In this document: positions 1 through 12,563 of the stretch, in pieces
How positions within the stretch are numbered: the first letter of the stretch is position 1
How the letters are laid out: each line of letters begins with the position of its first letter
Assembly (NCBI RefSeq): GCF_006345805.1
Contig: NW_021832227.1
Coordinates: forward strand, 62,001 to 126,000
Length of the DNA: 64,000 nucleotides
Reading direction: 5' to 3'
Source: Octopus sinensis
Taxonomy: Eukaryota
Position numbers and translations under genes: made by a program
Notes under the pieces: generated by a model
Seen by the model: the letters and a program-made list of their open reading frames with translations, nothing else
The model's database searches: none
What the model was told of the DNA's origin: nothing

Positions 1-59
1 AGTTGATGTTAATGGATGTTTAATTTACGAAAACAATCCCCTCTGGACTTAATTAAGCC

Positions 60-740
60 TGTGTCTGCTGCAAGACCGAAACTTGTTTTTCAATAACAGA
101 GAAAATAAATGCAGCTACTTTAATTCATCCAAAAAGACTGTCGACCACCTTGCATTATTGACCTCCCCTATCTCAGACGCTATAAAGAAGTGGTCAAATC
201 CTTGCATCTGCATCTATGTCGCCAATATGGAATTCAAAAGTTGAAAAAATTAAAAATACATTTAGTCCAATCTGTTACCACAAACAAATTTGTGGAAATT
301 TGAGCTGGCACAAATTTTCCGACGGATAATGCTATCCTAAATAACATGTTTGACATATTTGTTCACGGCAAATCGAGCAACACAATTAAATTTATCAAGG
401 TGGAGATCACTTCACAAAATTGTCTCAAGCAGGTCGAAGTCGAGAAGCTCCACAAATACGACTGACAAATGAACTGGGAGCGATCCATTGGACGAAAATG
501 AAGATTGTCCCTGTCATTATGACATGAGCCGGATTCTTGTCAAAATTCTTCAAGAACCATCTGGAGGTATTTGGACTGGAGGACACGATGAAAGCATATA
601 TCCAGAAACTGGTGTTAGGGGAGACCGTTGAGAATACGCAAACCAAGACAAAGCACAAGTTATTGATGCCTGCTGAGGAAGTAGCCCCTGAATTTACACT
701 GCGCGTTGACATGGATCTCGTACACAAAACATGGGCCTAA
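60..740 (+). mobile_element. 3' fragment of an R4/NeSL-like non-LTR retrotransposon (zinc-knuckle remnant plus restriction-like endonuclease), degraded
   Basis: Across stops and frameshifts: KTVDHLA..YLRRYKEVVKSLHLHLCRQYG..IKVEITSQNCLKQVEVEKLHKYD..KIVPVIMT..KAYIQKLVL. A second copy lies at 38778-40345. Confidence 0.75.
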
Positions 741-779
741 GAGATACCAAAAATTACGAAAACTGAAGCTAAATAACTA

Positions 780-1140
780 TTAAAATTGGTATTCTTTACA
801 TATTAAATTATGTTTTATTAACAAAATCTTTATTGAAGCGATTTTTCCTTCGATTTCTTTGATGACAGAAGTTGTTAGAGGGCCAGTTACTCCAGATGTC
901 TTCACAGCGATAGGAATAAAGTGGTACCGTTGTCCAAGATTTTCATATTTGGCAATTTTTCTTTGTTCTGTAGTATCTGCTGGAGAACCTGGTGAAACAG
1001 CTAAAGAGGCCATGTTTCTTTGGGAATGGTGTCAATACAGGTTAATTCCCGAGCCAATGATTTCCCGCAGGAGTAAAGAAAGGTGGCCAAATTCTCACAT
1101 GAAATTTTAGGGGTTTGTGTTCGCATGCATTACGACAGGT
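780..1140 (-). mobile_element. CRE-like non-LTR retrotransposon RLE-domain fragment
   Basis: GKSLARELTCIDT..PGSPADTTEQRKIAKYENLGQRYHFIPIAVKTSGVTGP matches the RLE pattern WDxTC..KxxKY..F.PxAxETxG. Confidence 0.7.
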
Positions 1141-1419
1141 CTTTTCCATGTTATATCCTACAGATATTAGTAAATTGAGTTTTTTAATGTTTGCTGTAAG
1201 ATTATCTTTTATTAAATGATCTCAAATTTTACCCCATTATCTTACTGGAAAAAGCTTCCAAAGAAATAAAGAAACTGAAAACTGAACGCTATTCAGGATT
1301 ATATAGCCCTGTAAACATACATGAAATTATTTTCTATTTTTATAATATGTCACCTCTCATAAATGGGATCAGGTCACACATTGTTGTTGTTGCATAAACC
1401 CAGTTATAGATCAGAGTAT

Positions 1420-2100
1420 AAGAACAGCAAAAATGACCTTAGGGGAAGGAGCAGCAAGTTTTTTGAGGATAAGGAGAAAACCAGGATATCGGAAAAGATG
1501 ATCGGTTGAGCGGTCGTCAAAACAGCAGAAGGCAGAAAGGAGAGATCGAGTTTTTCATTCTGTGAGCGTAGAAATTTAATGAGTAGTGATGACCCGATCT
1601 GAAACGTGCGAGGTAGATCTGACCGGAACGCTCCAGAAGCATTTCGTAGGGATCCCGGGTGTATTTAGCAAGGATCCGAGAGTATTATTTGGCAGGATTA
1701 TTCTTCAGTGCACGGTAATTGTCTTTTAATATGTCGCGAGCGCTCAAGCGACCGAACGCAGCGAGCGACATAATATGTTTAGAGCAGTACAAGGATTTAC
1801 GCAAAGCAAATAGGAATTCTATTCTCCTCATATTTTGATGTTCTTCAATCTGGAGAAGATTGGTTTCACAGTTCAGGTGGTCGATGGGTGTGATTTCAGA
1901 CACCTGGATATAATGCGCATAGCCTTGTTTTGTACTGATTGGAGTCCCACAGTGAAGCTTGTAGATAAACAGGGAGCCCAGCTTGGACTTGCGTAAATTA
2001 GAACGGAGCTGATATATTGTTTGTAGACTCGTTTGCAAAAATCGATTTGCTATATGTACCTCTTGCAGGTATTTTGTCACAATTTGTGCTATCAGGGTTT
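1420..2100 (-). mobile_element. 3' fragment of an APE-type LINE ORF2 (post-RT region and C-terminal knuckle remnant)
   Basis: TPIDHLNCETNLLQI, then LARFRSGHHYSLNFYAHRMKNSISPFC, typical of I/Jockey-group ORF2 C-termini. Confidence 0.6.
1732..1770. mobile_element. 39-bp TGT...ACA mini-element with 5-bp flanking duplication (TAATA), Ginger-like ends
   Basis: TAATA|TGTCGCGAGCGCTCAAGCGACCGAACGCAGCGAGCGACA|TAATA; terminal TGTCGC/GCGACA inverted repeat; related left end at 8581. Confidence 0.6.
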
Positions 2101-2683
2101 TGTTTCCAAAAGCATTTTACTCATAACAAATGTACACCGCCGAACAATATCTTCAATTCCCTTATTTACCATATTGTAGTATATTTTTTAAAGTCTAAAA
2201 AGTCTGTTCCTGGGCATGTAAAATTTTGTATGCTCAGATTTATACCTCTACTTTGTCATTTGCAAAATATCGTAGTTTAAAATTTTTCCGTGTGTGGAAA
2301 ATATTTGCTGTTAGTAAACCATTCCAAAAAAATGATATCTTTATTTGGAAGTACTTTTGTTTGCGAACAGTTATTTTCAAAATGAAAAACACGAAAAACA
2401 ATTATAGAACAAGAATTACGCATAATCATCTTAATGGTGTTTTAATTTTAGCGTCCAAGACCTATGCACCTAATATCGACGAACTCTCGAACAATAAACG
2501 ACAGTATATGAAAAATTAAACAGCAAATTCAATTAAAATAAAATTTACTCGTTGTTTGGTTAAATAAAGTTTTACTCAATTAATTAATATTAGCTTTAAA
2601 TAAGTAAAAAAATTATCCGACCCGCAGACCAATAATTTTTTTTATAATCCGCCCCGTGAAGCCGGAAATTCTGTCGACCCCTG
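2100..2683 (+). mobile_element. 3' end of a hAT transposon (GTF2IRD2-like transposase C-terminus plus right TIR)
   Basis: FGSTFVCEQLFSKMKNTKNNYRTRITHNHLNGVL dimerisation motif across a frameshift; ends TGTCGACCCCTG, the reverse complement of a CAGGGGTCG TIR. Confidence 0.75.
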
Positions 2684-2809
2684 GTATAGATATTCAAATT
2701 CGAGAATTATTTCTAAGAGATAATTGATAAACAGATAACATTATGCACGTAGATTAATACTTTAATTAGCAAGCTTTTAAAAAAATATGTTGCCAAAATA
2801 TCAGTCGAT

Positions 2810-3872
2810 ATGATTAGAACCAAAAGGTTTCTGTTAACTGCATTTTTAGTATATAAAACTAATTCTAATTAATAGTCGATTATTTCAGTTCTTTTATTAC
2901 AAAAAATCAAGAATAATGAATATATTAATATTCAAAATCAACTCAAAGTTCAAAAAATAAGCGAAAAAACGTTGCAAACTTTTGAAAACAAGCGTAAACT
3001 GCTGAAAAAATGTATTCTTGTCGTCATTATATCAGGTAGATATTTTAAATAATAAAATTGTATAAAAGAACCAAAAAATGTAGAAAGAAGACAAGCAATA
3101 AGAGAATCCTGGGGAAATAAAAAGATAATGGAACGCTCAAACGCAAAAAGAATCTTTTTTATTGGTACAAATGAAAAACCAATTACTCTGTCTTTAAGAA
3201 AGGAATCAGATAAGTACAATGATCTGGTTTTTGGAGATTTTGTTGAATCCTACTTTAATTTGTCTATAAAAACGATGGAAGCATTAAAGTTCATTTTAGG
3301 CGTCATTTATTAGATGGGCAATACGTGACTTTCCAAATTTTGAATATTTTGTAAAAGTTGATGATGATATTATTTTTAATATTGAGGAATTAAGTTCAAA
3401 AATATCTCTCTTAGGTCCTGATTCTCATAAGAAAAATAGTCGATTTACAATGTGTCATTTGCTCTCAAACACTGTTCCTTTTAGAGAGAACTCAAAATGG
3501 TTTATATTATCACAAATCAAATTATAAGGGACATTTCATATGAAGAGTATCCTTTAAATTATTATCCTCCATTTTGTTCGGGAACATGTTATGTCTTGTC
3601 TAAAGATGCGGTAACTGCAATTGTAAATGTGTGTCAAAATGAAAAATTAATTCATCTTGAAGATGTGGCTGTGACTGGTTGAGGTTCGGTTAATAATATT
3701 TTTAGGAATTTGTGGTGAGAAGGCAGGAGTGATGAAACTACACGTTGAAGGATTCTCAATCCACCAACGATACGATTATTTATGTAATGCTAAACATTTA
3801 ATTTCAAATCATTTGACTGTAACGCCATCGGAGATCAAAGAAATATATTTCAAATTAAAAAACAACTGTTGA
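2810..3872 (+). CDS. Beta-1,3-galactosyltransferase family (GT31) type II membrane protein, about 5 micro-introns
   Basis: Spliced MIRTKRFLLTAFL|SIISVLLL signal anchor; PKNVERRQAIRESWG; FGDFVESYFNLSIKT; FVKVDDD; YPPFCSGTCYVLS; LEDVAVTG|IC. Introns about 25-33 nt (e.g. 2849-2875). Confidence 0.85.
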
Positions 3873-4056
3873 ATTGGTTTTAACATCCATATTCATTTGA
3901 TAATCAAATTGGAAGTTGTTTATTTAATATCAATTAGATAGCCCTTAGCTATTAGAAAACAAACAGCTAATGTTTTTTTCGACTTAGAATGAAAAAGATT
4001 TATACAAATAAGTAAAGGTCGATTTAAATAATCTTTTTAAGTACAAAGTTTTTGTT

Positions 4057-5154
4057 TTGATACCGTACACGTTATTCCTCATTAAAGGAATTGAATATAG
4101 TTACATCTGCATTGCATTCATAATCGAGATATATTACAATTTACTTGTAGCGATATTCCTGTTGTACTTGTTTTATTCCTGGAGAACAGAGTTGTTGTGG
4201 ATGTCAAATTATAACAAATATAACAACAATTTTATATTTGACACAATTTTTTTCGCTCTGGGAAACATTCTTACTTCTTTTTTACTCAGGATTCGCAATT
4301 TTTTTGCCTACTGATCATTTGGCCTATTTGTCTAACAAAACCGTACCCGAGGTGACTACCCAAGATTTTATTGGTATATTCAAGATTCAGGCAATCTTTG
4401 GTTTTCATTAGTTATTTTGCTTCCATTTCTGCCCTATCAGGATCTCAATTTTGGCCACCCTTTTTTATCTAAAGTTGCTGTTTATGGGATTTGGTACAAT
4501 GTTAGTTTCAAGATCATAATTTAGATTGGTAACACTGAGGGACTTATCAGACCCATAAAAATTATAATATCTAATTCTGGACCCATGACAAGCATTTTGA
4601 TCCGCGCAGTCGTCTGTTTTGTAATTTTTTGTGTGGAATTTCAATGATCTACAAAGTGAGGTTCCAATTTATGTAATGTAGTCAGGATTCTACTATGTGA
4701 GTATCCTTGACAATGCTTAAAGCAGTGGGTACTTATGGGTTGCCTCATTTACGTTCATGGTAATTTTATATGACATACATTTCAGATTATAAAAAAATTA
4801 TGAAGGAAATAGAATTAATGATTGGTAAGAGCCCGGGATATGTTTGGATGGGTGTTTTCTTGTCATTACTTCTTTGGGAGCATTTGTAAAAAATGCATTC
4901 ACTGCCTAGCTATTATTGATCTCCGGATACATCAACTATGCCCCGGGAGAAGACGCGACTACAAAGAGTTCTCAGATTTTCAATTTAGTTCTTTCGCTGT
5001 GGTGCATTCTTCCTATCCCAGTCTACCCTATCGGATACTCCGCGTATTGCAATGTATGTTTTCTGGTTATAGTGTCAGATAAATAAACGTAATATTCTTA
5101 CTCCCTGTGAATCCTGGACTGAGACATGAGGAGAATGCTTTAGCTACTCTTTAA
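4057..5154 (+). CDS. SLC6 (sodium:neurotransmitter symporter)-like gene, C-terminal half only, divergent or frameshifted
   Basis: SNYNKYNNNFIFDTIFFALGNILTSF (TM6-7 pattern); LVFISYFASISALSGSQFWPPFF (TM8); IMKEIELMIGKSPG (TM10-11 loop); micro-introns. Boundaries are approximate. Confidence 0.55.
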
Positions 5155-5623
5155 ATCAATATTTTTTTTTATTAACAAATTAACAAATATGAACGTTATA
5201 ATTTTTTTTATTCTAATATTACGGTTATTGCGTAAATAAAAAATGAAAATTAATTTATTAATAAAAACAAGAGAAAAATAATCATTGGCAGATAGCCAGA
5301 GTATTCAAATTGAATGTTTTGATTAATTTATAAATCATTAATTCTTGATTCATTTATTTTATTCCAACAATTAGTTATTATGTCTTTTGTTACTCAATTT
5401 CATGCTTCTCTTAAAAATATAATAAGTTGTCGCATATTTATCTTCAATAATGTCTCATAATAATTCGATATAAGATAATACGCTTTCTTGAATACGCTTC
5501 AGAAAAATTTTTATTTAAAGCACAAAAAAGTTTAAACTACACGCTATCTTAATAATAAAATGGTATGGTGTGTGTCTGTCTGTCTGTCTGTCTGTGTGTG
5601 CACACCAACTTCAAATTGGCAAT

Positions 5624-6703
5624 ACGATGTCCTCGACTTACATGATGAGGTCCTTAAAACCTTCCCCCCAAAAAAAATTAAAAAAAAATTTTCTGCATTT
5701 TGGTTAAAATGAACAACTACAATGTCCTCGACTTACATGATGAAGTCCTTAAAACCTTCCCCCCAAAAAAATTAAAAAAAAATTTTCTGCATTTTGGTTA
5801 AAATGAACAACTACAATGTCCTCGACTTACATGATGAAGTCCTTAAAACCTTCCCCCCAAAAAAATTAAAAAAAATTTTCTGCATTTTGGTTAAAATGAA
5901 CAACTACAATGTCCTCGACTTACATGATGAAGTCCTTAAAACCTTCCCCCTAAAAAAAATTAAAAAAAAATTTTTGCATTTTGGTTAAAATGAACAACTA
6001 CGATGTCCTCGACTTACATGACGAAGTCCTTAAAACCTTCCCCCCAAAAAAATTAAAAAAAAAGTTTTCTGCATTTTGGTTAAAATGAACAACTACGATG
6101 TCCTCGACTTACATGATGAGGTCCTTAAAACCTTCCCCCCAAAAAAAATTAAAAAAAATTTTCTGCATTTTGTTAAAATGAACAACTACAATGTCCTCGA
6201 CTTACATGATGAAGTCCTTAAAACCTTCCCCCCCAAAAAAATTAAAAAAAAAGTTTTCTGCATTTTGTTAAAATGAACAACTACAATGTCCTCGACTTAC
6301 ATGATGAAGTCCTTAAAACCTTCCCCCCAAAAAAATTAAAAAAAAATTTTCTGCATTTTGGTTAAAATGAACAACTACGATGTCCTCGACTTACATGATG
6401 AAGTCCTTAAAACCTTCCCCCCCAAAAAAATTAAAAAAAAAGTTTTCTGCATTTTGGTTAAAATGAACAACTACAATGTCCTCGACTTACATGATGAAGT
6501 CCTTAAAACCTTCCCCCCAAAAAAAATTAAAAAAAAATTTTCTGCATTTTGGTTAAAATGAACAACTACAATGTCCTCGACTTATATGATGAAGTCCTTA
6601 AAACCTTCCCCCCCAAAAAAATTAAAAAAAAAGTTTTCTGCATTTTGGTTAAAATGAACAACTACGATGTCCTCGAATTACATGATGAGGTCCTTAAAAC
6701 CTT
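5624..6703 (+). repeat. Tandem array of ~94-bp units (about 12), subfamily A
   Basis: Unit AAAATGAACAACTAC(A/G)ATGTCCTCGACTTACATGATGA(A/G)GTCCTTAAAACCTTCCCCCCAAAAAAATTAAAAAAAATTTTCTGCATTTTGGTT; 11 full starts counted plus a partial first unit. Confidence 0.95.
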
Positions 6704-7523
6704 CGAGGCAAAAATCTCACGTATTAAGAATATCCTTGATGAAAACGACAGCGAGAATATTAACAATGATGAACTCCCAATTATTCGCGATAAAGAAATT
6801 CAATTCATCCTATGATTTTCTCTTTAAAATTAAATGCATATACATGTATCATTATCGACCATGAATCAAAATTAAAGCTATTACCATATTTGACTTTGAC
6901 AGAATGTGCAATTACAGATTGCACGACTTTGAATAGAGTGTGCAATTAACAGATTTTGAAAAACACTTTGATAGTTAAAACCACATTAGCACAATCATTA
7001 ACACAATTTACCACCAATTGACAGCGCAATCAGAAGAATTTGCGTAAAAATATTAACTATTTAGTTAAGTTTTTCGTAAAGATAGAATTTATTTTCGGTA
7101 TGCCTCTTTTCCTAAACTTTTTTATTATTCAAAAATAATTTTTTAAATAGATAACCGAAGGAGGAAAAACGAAGCTGAAGAAAAAACGGTCAGCTTCAGG
7201 TAATTAATTAAATCTTTTTTGTGTGTCGCTTTCTGCTGCTACTCTACCTGCCGCATCTCCGGCTGCCCCATTTCCGCCAGTGGTTTGTCTAATTAAGGTC
7301 ACTAAGCTAAATCTCCGGACTATAAAGGCTCTTAAGCATTATCTTAATTGGCTGTTAAAAAATTAGACTGGTTGTTGCCGTGGCGGCAGAGATTTTTTTT
7401 GTTTATACTATTTTACAAATTTTTAAAGTTTTTTTTTTGTTTTTTTATTTTTTGTTTTTAAATTATTTATTTTTATTTGTTTTTCTTTATTTTTTTGTTA
7501 TTTTCTAAAAATTTAACCGGATT

Positions 7524-7984
7524 GAATTTTTAAACTCCTTAGATCCCTCTGGAATGCCGAATCATCTTTTAAAGTTAAAGATAGGCGTTCCAGTGGTTTT
7601 ATTACGAAATCTTGCGCCACCTAAATTATGCAACGGAACGAGGTTAGTTCTCAAAAATTGATGGCTAACGTAATAGAGGCGACGATATTAACAGGTAAGT
7701 ATAGAGGTGAGGATGTTTATATTCCACGAATTCCGATAATTTCTGATGAATTACCATTTAGATTTAAAAGGCTGCAATTTCCTTTGAGGATGAGTTTTGC
7801 AATGACAATAAACAAGGCCCAGGGACAGTCATTAAAGGTAGTTGGGTTATTTTTAGAGAGTGAGTGCTTTTCACATGGACAGCTGTATGTGGGATGCTCG
7901 AGGGTAGGCAGAAGAGAAAATTTATTCATATATGCCAAGGAAGGACGGACGACAAACATCGTTTATCAACAGGCGATAGAATAG
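7524..7984 (+). pseudogene. Helitron PIF1-like helicase C-terminal fragment
   Basis: [59 protein letters not shown]; nearly identical to 31630-32088. Confidence 0.9.
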
Positions 7985-8828
7985 GGTTACATTAAACCAG
8001 GTAGTTTTATACATCTACATAAACTTATAGTTGTTTGATGAAACAGGCCCTCCGCAGGAGCTAGGTCGCGGTGAGCGAAGCGAGCTGCCGAGCTAGTAAT
8101 TTATAATAAAATAATAAATAAAAATTTTATTTAAAATAATTTGAAAAATGCCCCAATAAGCGGGGTCGATAATCTTTCAATTTAGTATTCTATTTGTAGA
8201 AAATTGAATAAACTGCTATAAAATGGACCTTAGAAATAAAACTGCCCCAAATACAAAAGCTGCTCCAAGGCCAGGGTTTTATTGGGGCGGGGTCGGACTG
8301 TATTACACATTGCTGCATGGTTTTAGTAAAGCTTTTTTTTCATGAAATAAACAAATTAAGAATTATTTTATTTCTGATTGCGATCCGACTTCTTTTGAAG
8401 TTTGATAAGAAAGAAAGATACAAATTGAAAAAAATTTTGAATCTGGTCCGATTAAAGACGGAAAAATTTATATCCTGCAGGAAGATGCTGAACGTCGTTT
8501 TTGGCGGTGGAGGAATAGGAGCTAAACCTCAAACACATTGAGGTTACCTATTTTTAAACATGGTCAGTCAGAACATAATATGTCGCGAGCGCTGCGAGCG
8601 ACCGAGCGATCACTCAATTTCTAGATGCGATCAATCAACAAATTCATAAATTGACAAATACCCGTGGAATAGGAATAGGAATAGGAAGTTTTATTGGAAA
8701 CAGAGAAGGGTTAAAGGTTAGGGGGGAGTTTGTATAATGAAACAATAGGACTACCCTATCGACTTCTTCCCAGAAAAAAAAAGAGACCCCCTCAAGTAAA
8801 TTTTTTTTTTTTTTTTTTTTTTTCTTTT

Positions 8829-11458
8829 CTACCTCTGCAGGTACGTCCCAGTGACAATTGAGTTGGATTTATAACCACTTATAGCTTTTTCGACAGTTTC
8901 ACCGACCATGGAGGATTTACTTTCAAGCCACAGGGGGATTGGATCTTCAACTTTTTGGTGGTAAGCAAGCTTCAAAGCGAGCCTGCGAGACTTTTCAAAT
9001 TTAGTTAAGATGGTGTCCTTCTTTTTAGAGAAGTACCATCCCTCTTTTCCGTATAGTAGTCCCGGTAGGATCACCGTATTGAAAACGTAGAGGAAAGTAT
9101 CAGGCTCCAAATTTAACTTCCTCAGGCAGAACAGAGCATTAGTTGCTTTCCTTTTACTTAATTTTGCGTTTTCGAGATAGTTTCCCTTTTCATCGATGAA
9201 CAAGCCAAGATATTTAATTGAGTTTTGTCGAGGTATGTTCTTGATCAGGCACGGTAAATTTATTAAATTTCTGCTTTCTGTGATTCTCAGTAATGCGGAC
9301 TTCTCACGCGCAATAATGAACATATTTTCATCGCACCATTGCTCCACTGTATTCATATATGATATAATCCTTTGTTCGGATAAGGCAGGTTTCGATGAAA
9401 TGTCAAGGATTACAACATCATCGGCGTATATCAAAATTTCCGTCCGTGTGTTGACAGGAGACGGCAGATTGCTCATCACAATGTTGAATAATAGAGGACT
9501 GAGGACTGATCCTTGAGGGACGCCTCTTTTAAGTTTCAGTTCATCCGAGTCATAGTTCAGAAAGCTTATCACAGAGCGCCTGTCGCGGAGGAAGTCTTTT
9601 AGCCATAGGAATAGTCCTTTGTCTATGTGACACTTCGCCAGATGTCTAAGGAGACCGAGGTGCCAAACCATATCAAAGGCTTTTGAGATGTCTAGAGACA
9701 CAATTGTCAGACACTCTTTGAAATCCAGAGCCTTTACAATCGACGAATTGAGTGTATAAAGACAGTCAGCACAGGAACGACCCCTCCGAAAGCCCCACTG
9801 CACGTCTTTGAGATAACCATTTCTCTCGACGTGTTCAGAGAGTCGTTCAAACATTACCCTTTCCATTATTCGACTGATGGTAGGAATTAGGCTTATAGGC
9901 CTATAACTTGTCGCCAAGTAACCAGGTTTTCCAGGCTTCCGTATCATCCTTACCTCCGTCAGTTTCCATGAAGAAGGGACGTATCCCAAGCTCACACTGC
10001 GGGAGAAGAGACATCCCAAATATTCGTAAAGTTGCTTGGGAGCTTCTTTGAACATGCGCATGGTTATCTTGTCCTTTCCCGGAGCGTTATTTTTGGAGTA
10101 TCTAACTGCATTTTCCACGTCTTTGCACGTTATAGATTCCGAGCACATTGGTAATGAGCTAAGATTGTCTTCCAACTCTTTTTCCATATCAAACAAAGCT
10201 GAATCAGATAGATTTGTATCCGGATTGACTTCTTGTATTCTTTTGAGACTATCAGCAAATATGTTCGGGATTTCTTCATGAGATGCAGGGGATCCATCTT
10301 GTTTTAGCAGTTTAGGTATAGTTTTCTCAGACGTCGAGGTTAATTTCGAGTAGACCTTCCAAAAATTTGGACTTCCTTTATGTAGCTTTTTGCACTCAGT
10401 ATTCCATTTTTTATCCTTCGCCACCTTCGCCGATTTTCTTATTTCTTCCGTAATGGTGAAGATTTCACTTTCCAAAACGGACCGGTCACGAAAATCTGCG
10501 CAGCGCCGGAGTTTGTTCCTTAGACATTGTTTTTTCCTTAGTAGGATTTCAACATTCATGTTTGGCATGTGAGTTTTCCTATTGTTTGAGACGATTTTTG
10601 TAGAATATGTTTCCAGATAAGACTTTATGTATCCAATAAGGGAATTGCTAGACTTCTCGAGGTCCTCAGATGAAGAATTTTCGTCAAGTTTAGGAGCGAA
10701 ATTGCTCAGATAAAGTGTAAAACATTTTCGGTAGTGTTCCCAGTTTATAGTCGAGAGGTTATATCGTATAAAAGTTGGTTTACCCTTTAAAGGTCCAAGG
10801 TTGAGTTTGTATAAAATTGGTAGATGGTCACTTCCAATATCATTTAAGGTGTACGGTTGTTCCATAAATTGAAGAGTAGACATAGAGACCAATGCTACGC
10901 CCAAATAGTCCCACCCTCCTGGTGAGTAATGATTTGGGGTTTTTGATGTGATGACCGAGAAACTGAGAGATTCTGAAAGCTTCTTAAGAATGATGCCATC
11001 CCTGTTGGTTCTCAGACAGCCAAAAGATGTGCATTTGGCATTTAGATCCCCGAGGAGTATTGACAAATGATTGTTTTATCGGCAAAAAAGTCCTTGATAA
11101 GCGATGAATAATTGGAAAGGGATTTTGAGTACATCCCTCCGATTGTTACCCACCCTTTTTCCAGAAGGACGTCGATTGTGAGGAATTCACACAATTCCTC
11201 GGACACAATTTTTAGATTTTTCACCCTTAGAGTTGATTTGTAGTAGATAGAAGTGCCTGTTCCAGCGATCGAGCCCGGCTTCCACTTAATATCAAGGGAA
11301 CGATAGCCATCCAAGTAGTAATCATCATGTTTTTTGATTTTTGTTTCGTTTACGATCAAAAGGTCCACGGGGTTATGGGATAACATATCCTCAATCTCTG
11401 AACGCCTTCTCTTTAGAGAACGTGCGTTCACAGCGATAATAGACAGAAAGGGGCTCAC
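8829..11458 (-). CDS. LINE ORF2: APE endonuclease plus reverse transcriptase (one frameshift near 11066)
   Basis: IIAVNARSL, IVNETK, LLGDLNAK, SDHLP (APE); YRPISLIP, QWGFRRGRS, LDISKAFD, GVPQGSVLSPLLF, YADD (RT). Confidence 0.9.
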
Positions 11459-12563
11459 GCCTGATCAATCCTTTCCCTTCCAAGAGAAAGGGACAACAGA
11501 TTGTTGATATCGAGGCCTTTTTCATCGCATATAGCGATTATTTTGCGAATCATAGAGGTAAGCTCAACGTCGATAGTTGGTGCTTTCCTCTTAAAGCGGG
11601 TTGGAGGCTCTGTGTGTTGTGTATTGGGAGGCAAAGTTGCGTCTTCACTAACATCTGTTTGCGTTGAGGAGTCAAAACAGCGGGAAATTGTGGGTTTTCG
11701 CCATACAGATTCAACGGCCTCCGCTTTTGACCATACAGTTTTTGAGTGTTCTGCTTTGGCCAGTCTGTCCCTGGCACTGAGCTGCTTTTTTAGTTGTTCA
11801 GTGGCTGCCTTAGCTGAAGAGCAGCCACCGTAGCAAGCCAAATGCCCACTCAGACCGCAGTTTATACATTTTTCTCAGTTTTTCCTTTAATCGGGCACAT
11901 TTTCATATTATGATCACCACCACAGAAAAGACATCTTTCCACTTCTTTGCAGAAGTTAGCAATGTGACCAAATTGTTGGCAGCGAAAGCATCTTGTTGCT
12001 GGGTTTTTAAACCATTCGCATCGTATTTTTTGAAATCCCACTTCGATTCCCATCCTTACAAGCGAAGTGGCTTCTGCCCTCGAATTCAGACTCAACTTTC
12101 CAACAGGTATACTCCGTCCATTTTTGTAGAACCGTTGGAAAGTAAAACCGGGGTTGAGAATTTCTTTGAGGTAAAGATCCAGGTCTTCCTCGGAGACCCA
12201 AGATGGTATTCCCTTCAAGACTACGGTCGATGGTTGCAGACTGCACGCAGAAATATAATGGCCGTCCTGGCCAAATGGTTTGTTATACTCGAAGTCATTC
12301 ACAAACGAGTCCCTATCACTAGAATTTGAGAATTCGAGGGTAAAGTCCCCAGACTTCCTGGCAGTAATTCGGGCCTTCTGTGCAGTCTCGGATTTGGTTA
12401 GAATATTAAAGGACTTTATTCGTCCAATCGCATAATTTTTTATCTGCAGCGAGAGGACAAGAGACTCAGTACAGTTTGGATTGTTCAAAGAGACTTGAGA
12501 GGAGTGTGACCCCTCCTCATCTTTGATACGGATTTCATCTTTGCGTTCAAGCTCTTGAGACAC
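11455..12563 (-). CDS. LINE ORF1 (gag-like, three zinc knuckles; one frameshift near 11865; no ATG, 5'-truncated)
   Basis: VVLKGIP..CFRCQQFGHIANFC..CLFCGGDHNMKMC..KCINCGLSGHLACYGGC. Confidence 0.8.

Larger units (their letters stand above)
5547..8096 (+). mobile_element. Helitron 1, non-autonomous deletion derivative carrying a satellite array
   Basis: A|TCTTAATAATAAAATGG 5' end, (GTCT)n microsatellite, GC-rich subterminal hairpin, CTAG|T 3' end; PIF1 helicase C-terminus at 7524-7984. Confidence 0.9.
5230..8300 (-). mobile_element. Internally deleted pogo/Tigger-like element interrupted by Helitron 1
   Basis: TA|CAGTCCGACC TIR on the minus strand ending at 8300, the same TIR as at 14519; pogo C-terminal motif EA*N*VTKDIITNCWNKI near 5350-5410. 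Confidence 0.55.

Noticed and set aside
4700-4730. Alternative genetic code (TAA read-through) suggested by an in-frame TAA in SLC6
   Set aside because: The TAA lies in a 26-nt GTGAGT...AAAG intron; other host genes need no stop reassignment.
5624-6703. Satellite arrays as CRISPR arrays
   Set aside because: Units are contiguous with no unique spacers, there are no cas genes, and the context is eukaryotic.
5794-6815. Repeat ORFs (MNNYDVLDLHDEVLKTF...) as a repetitive protein
   Set aside because: Unit length varies around 93-95 nt, and subfamily B shifts frame relative to A, so coding is not conserved. The unique-looking tail KTFEAKISRIKNIL reads through degenerate monomers.
9196-12329. Plus-strand ORFs over the LINE
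   Set aside because: Antisense shadows of ORF1/ORF2 with no motifs.
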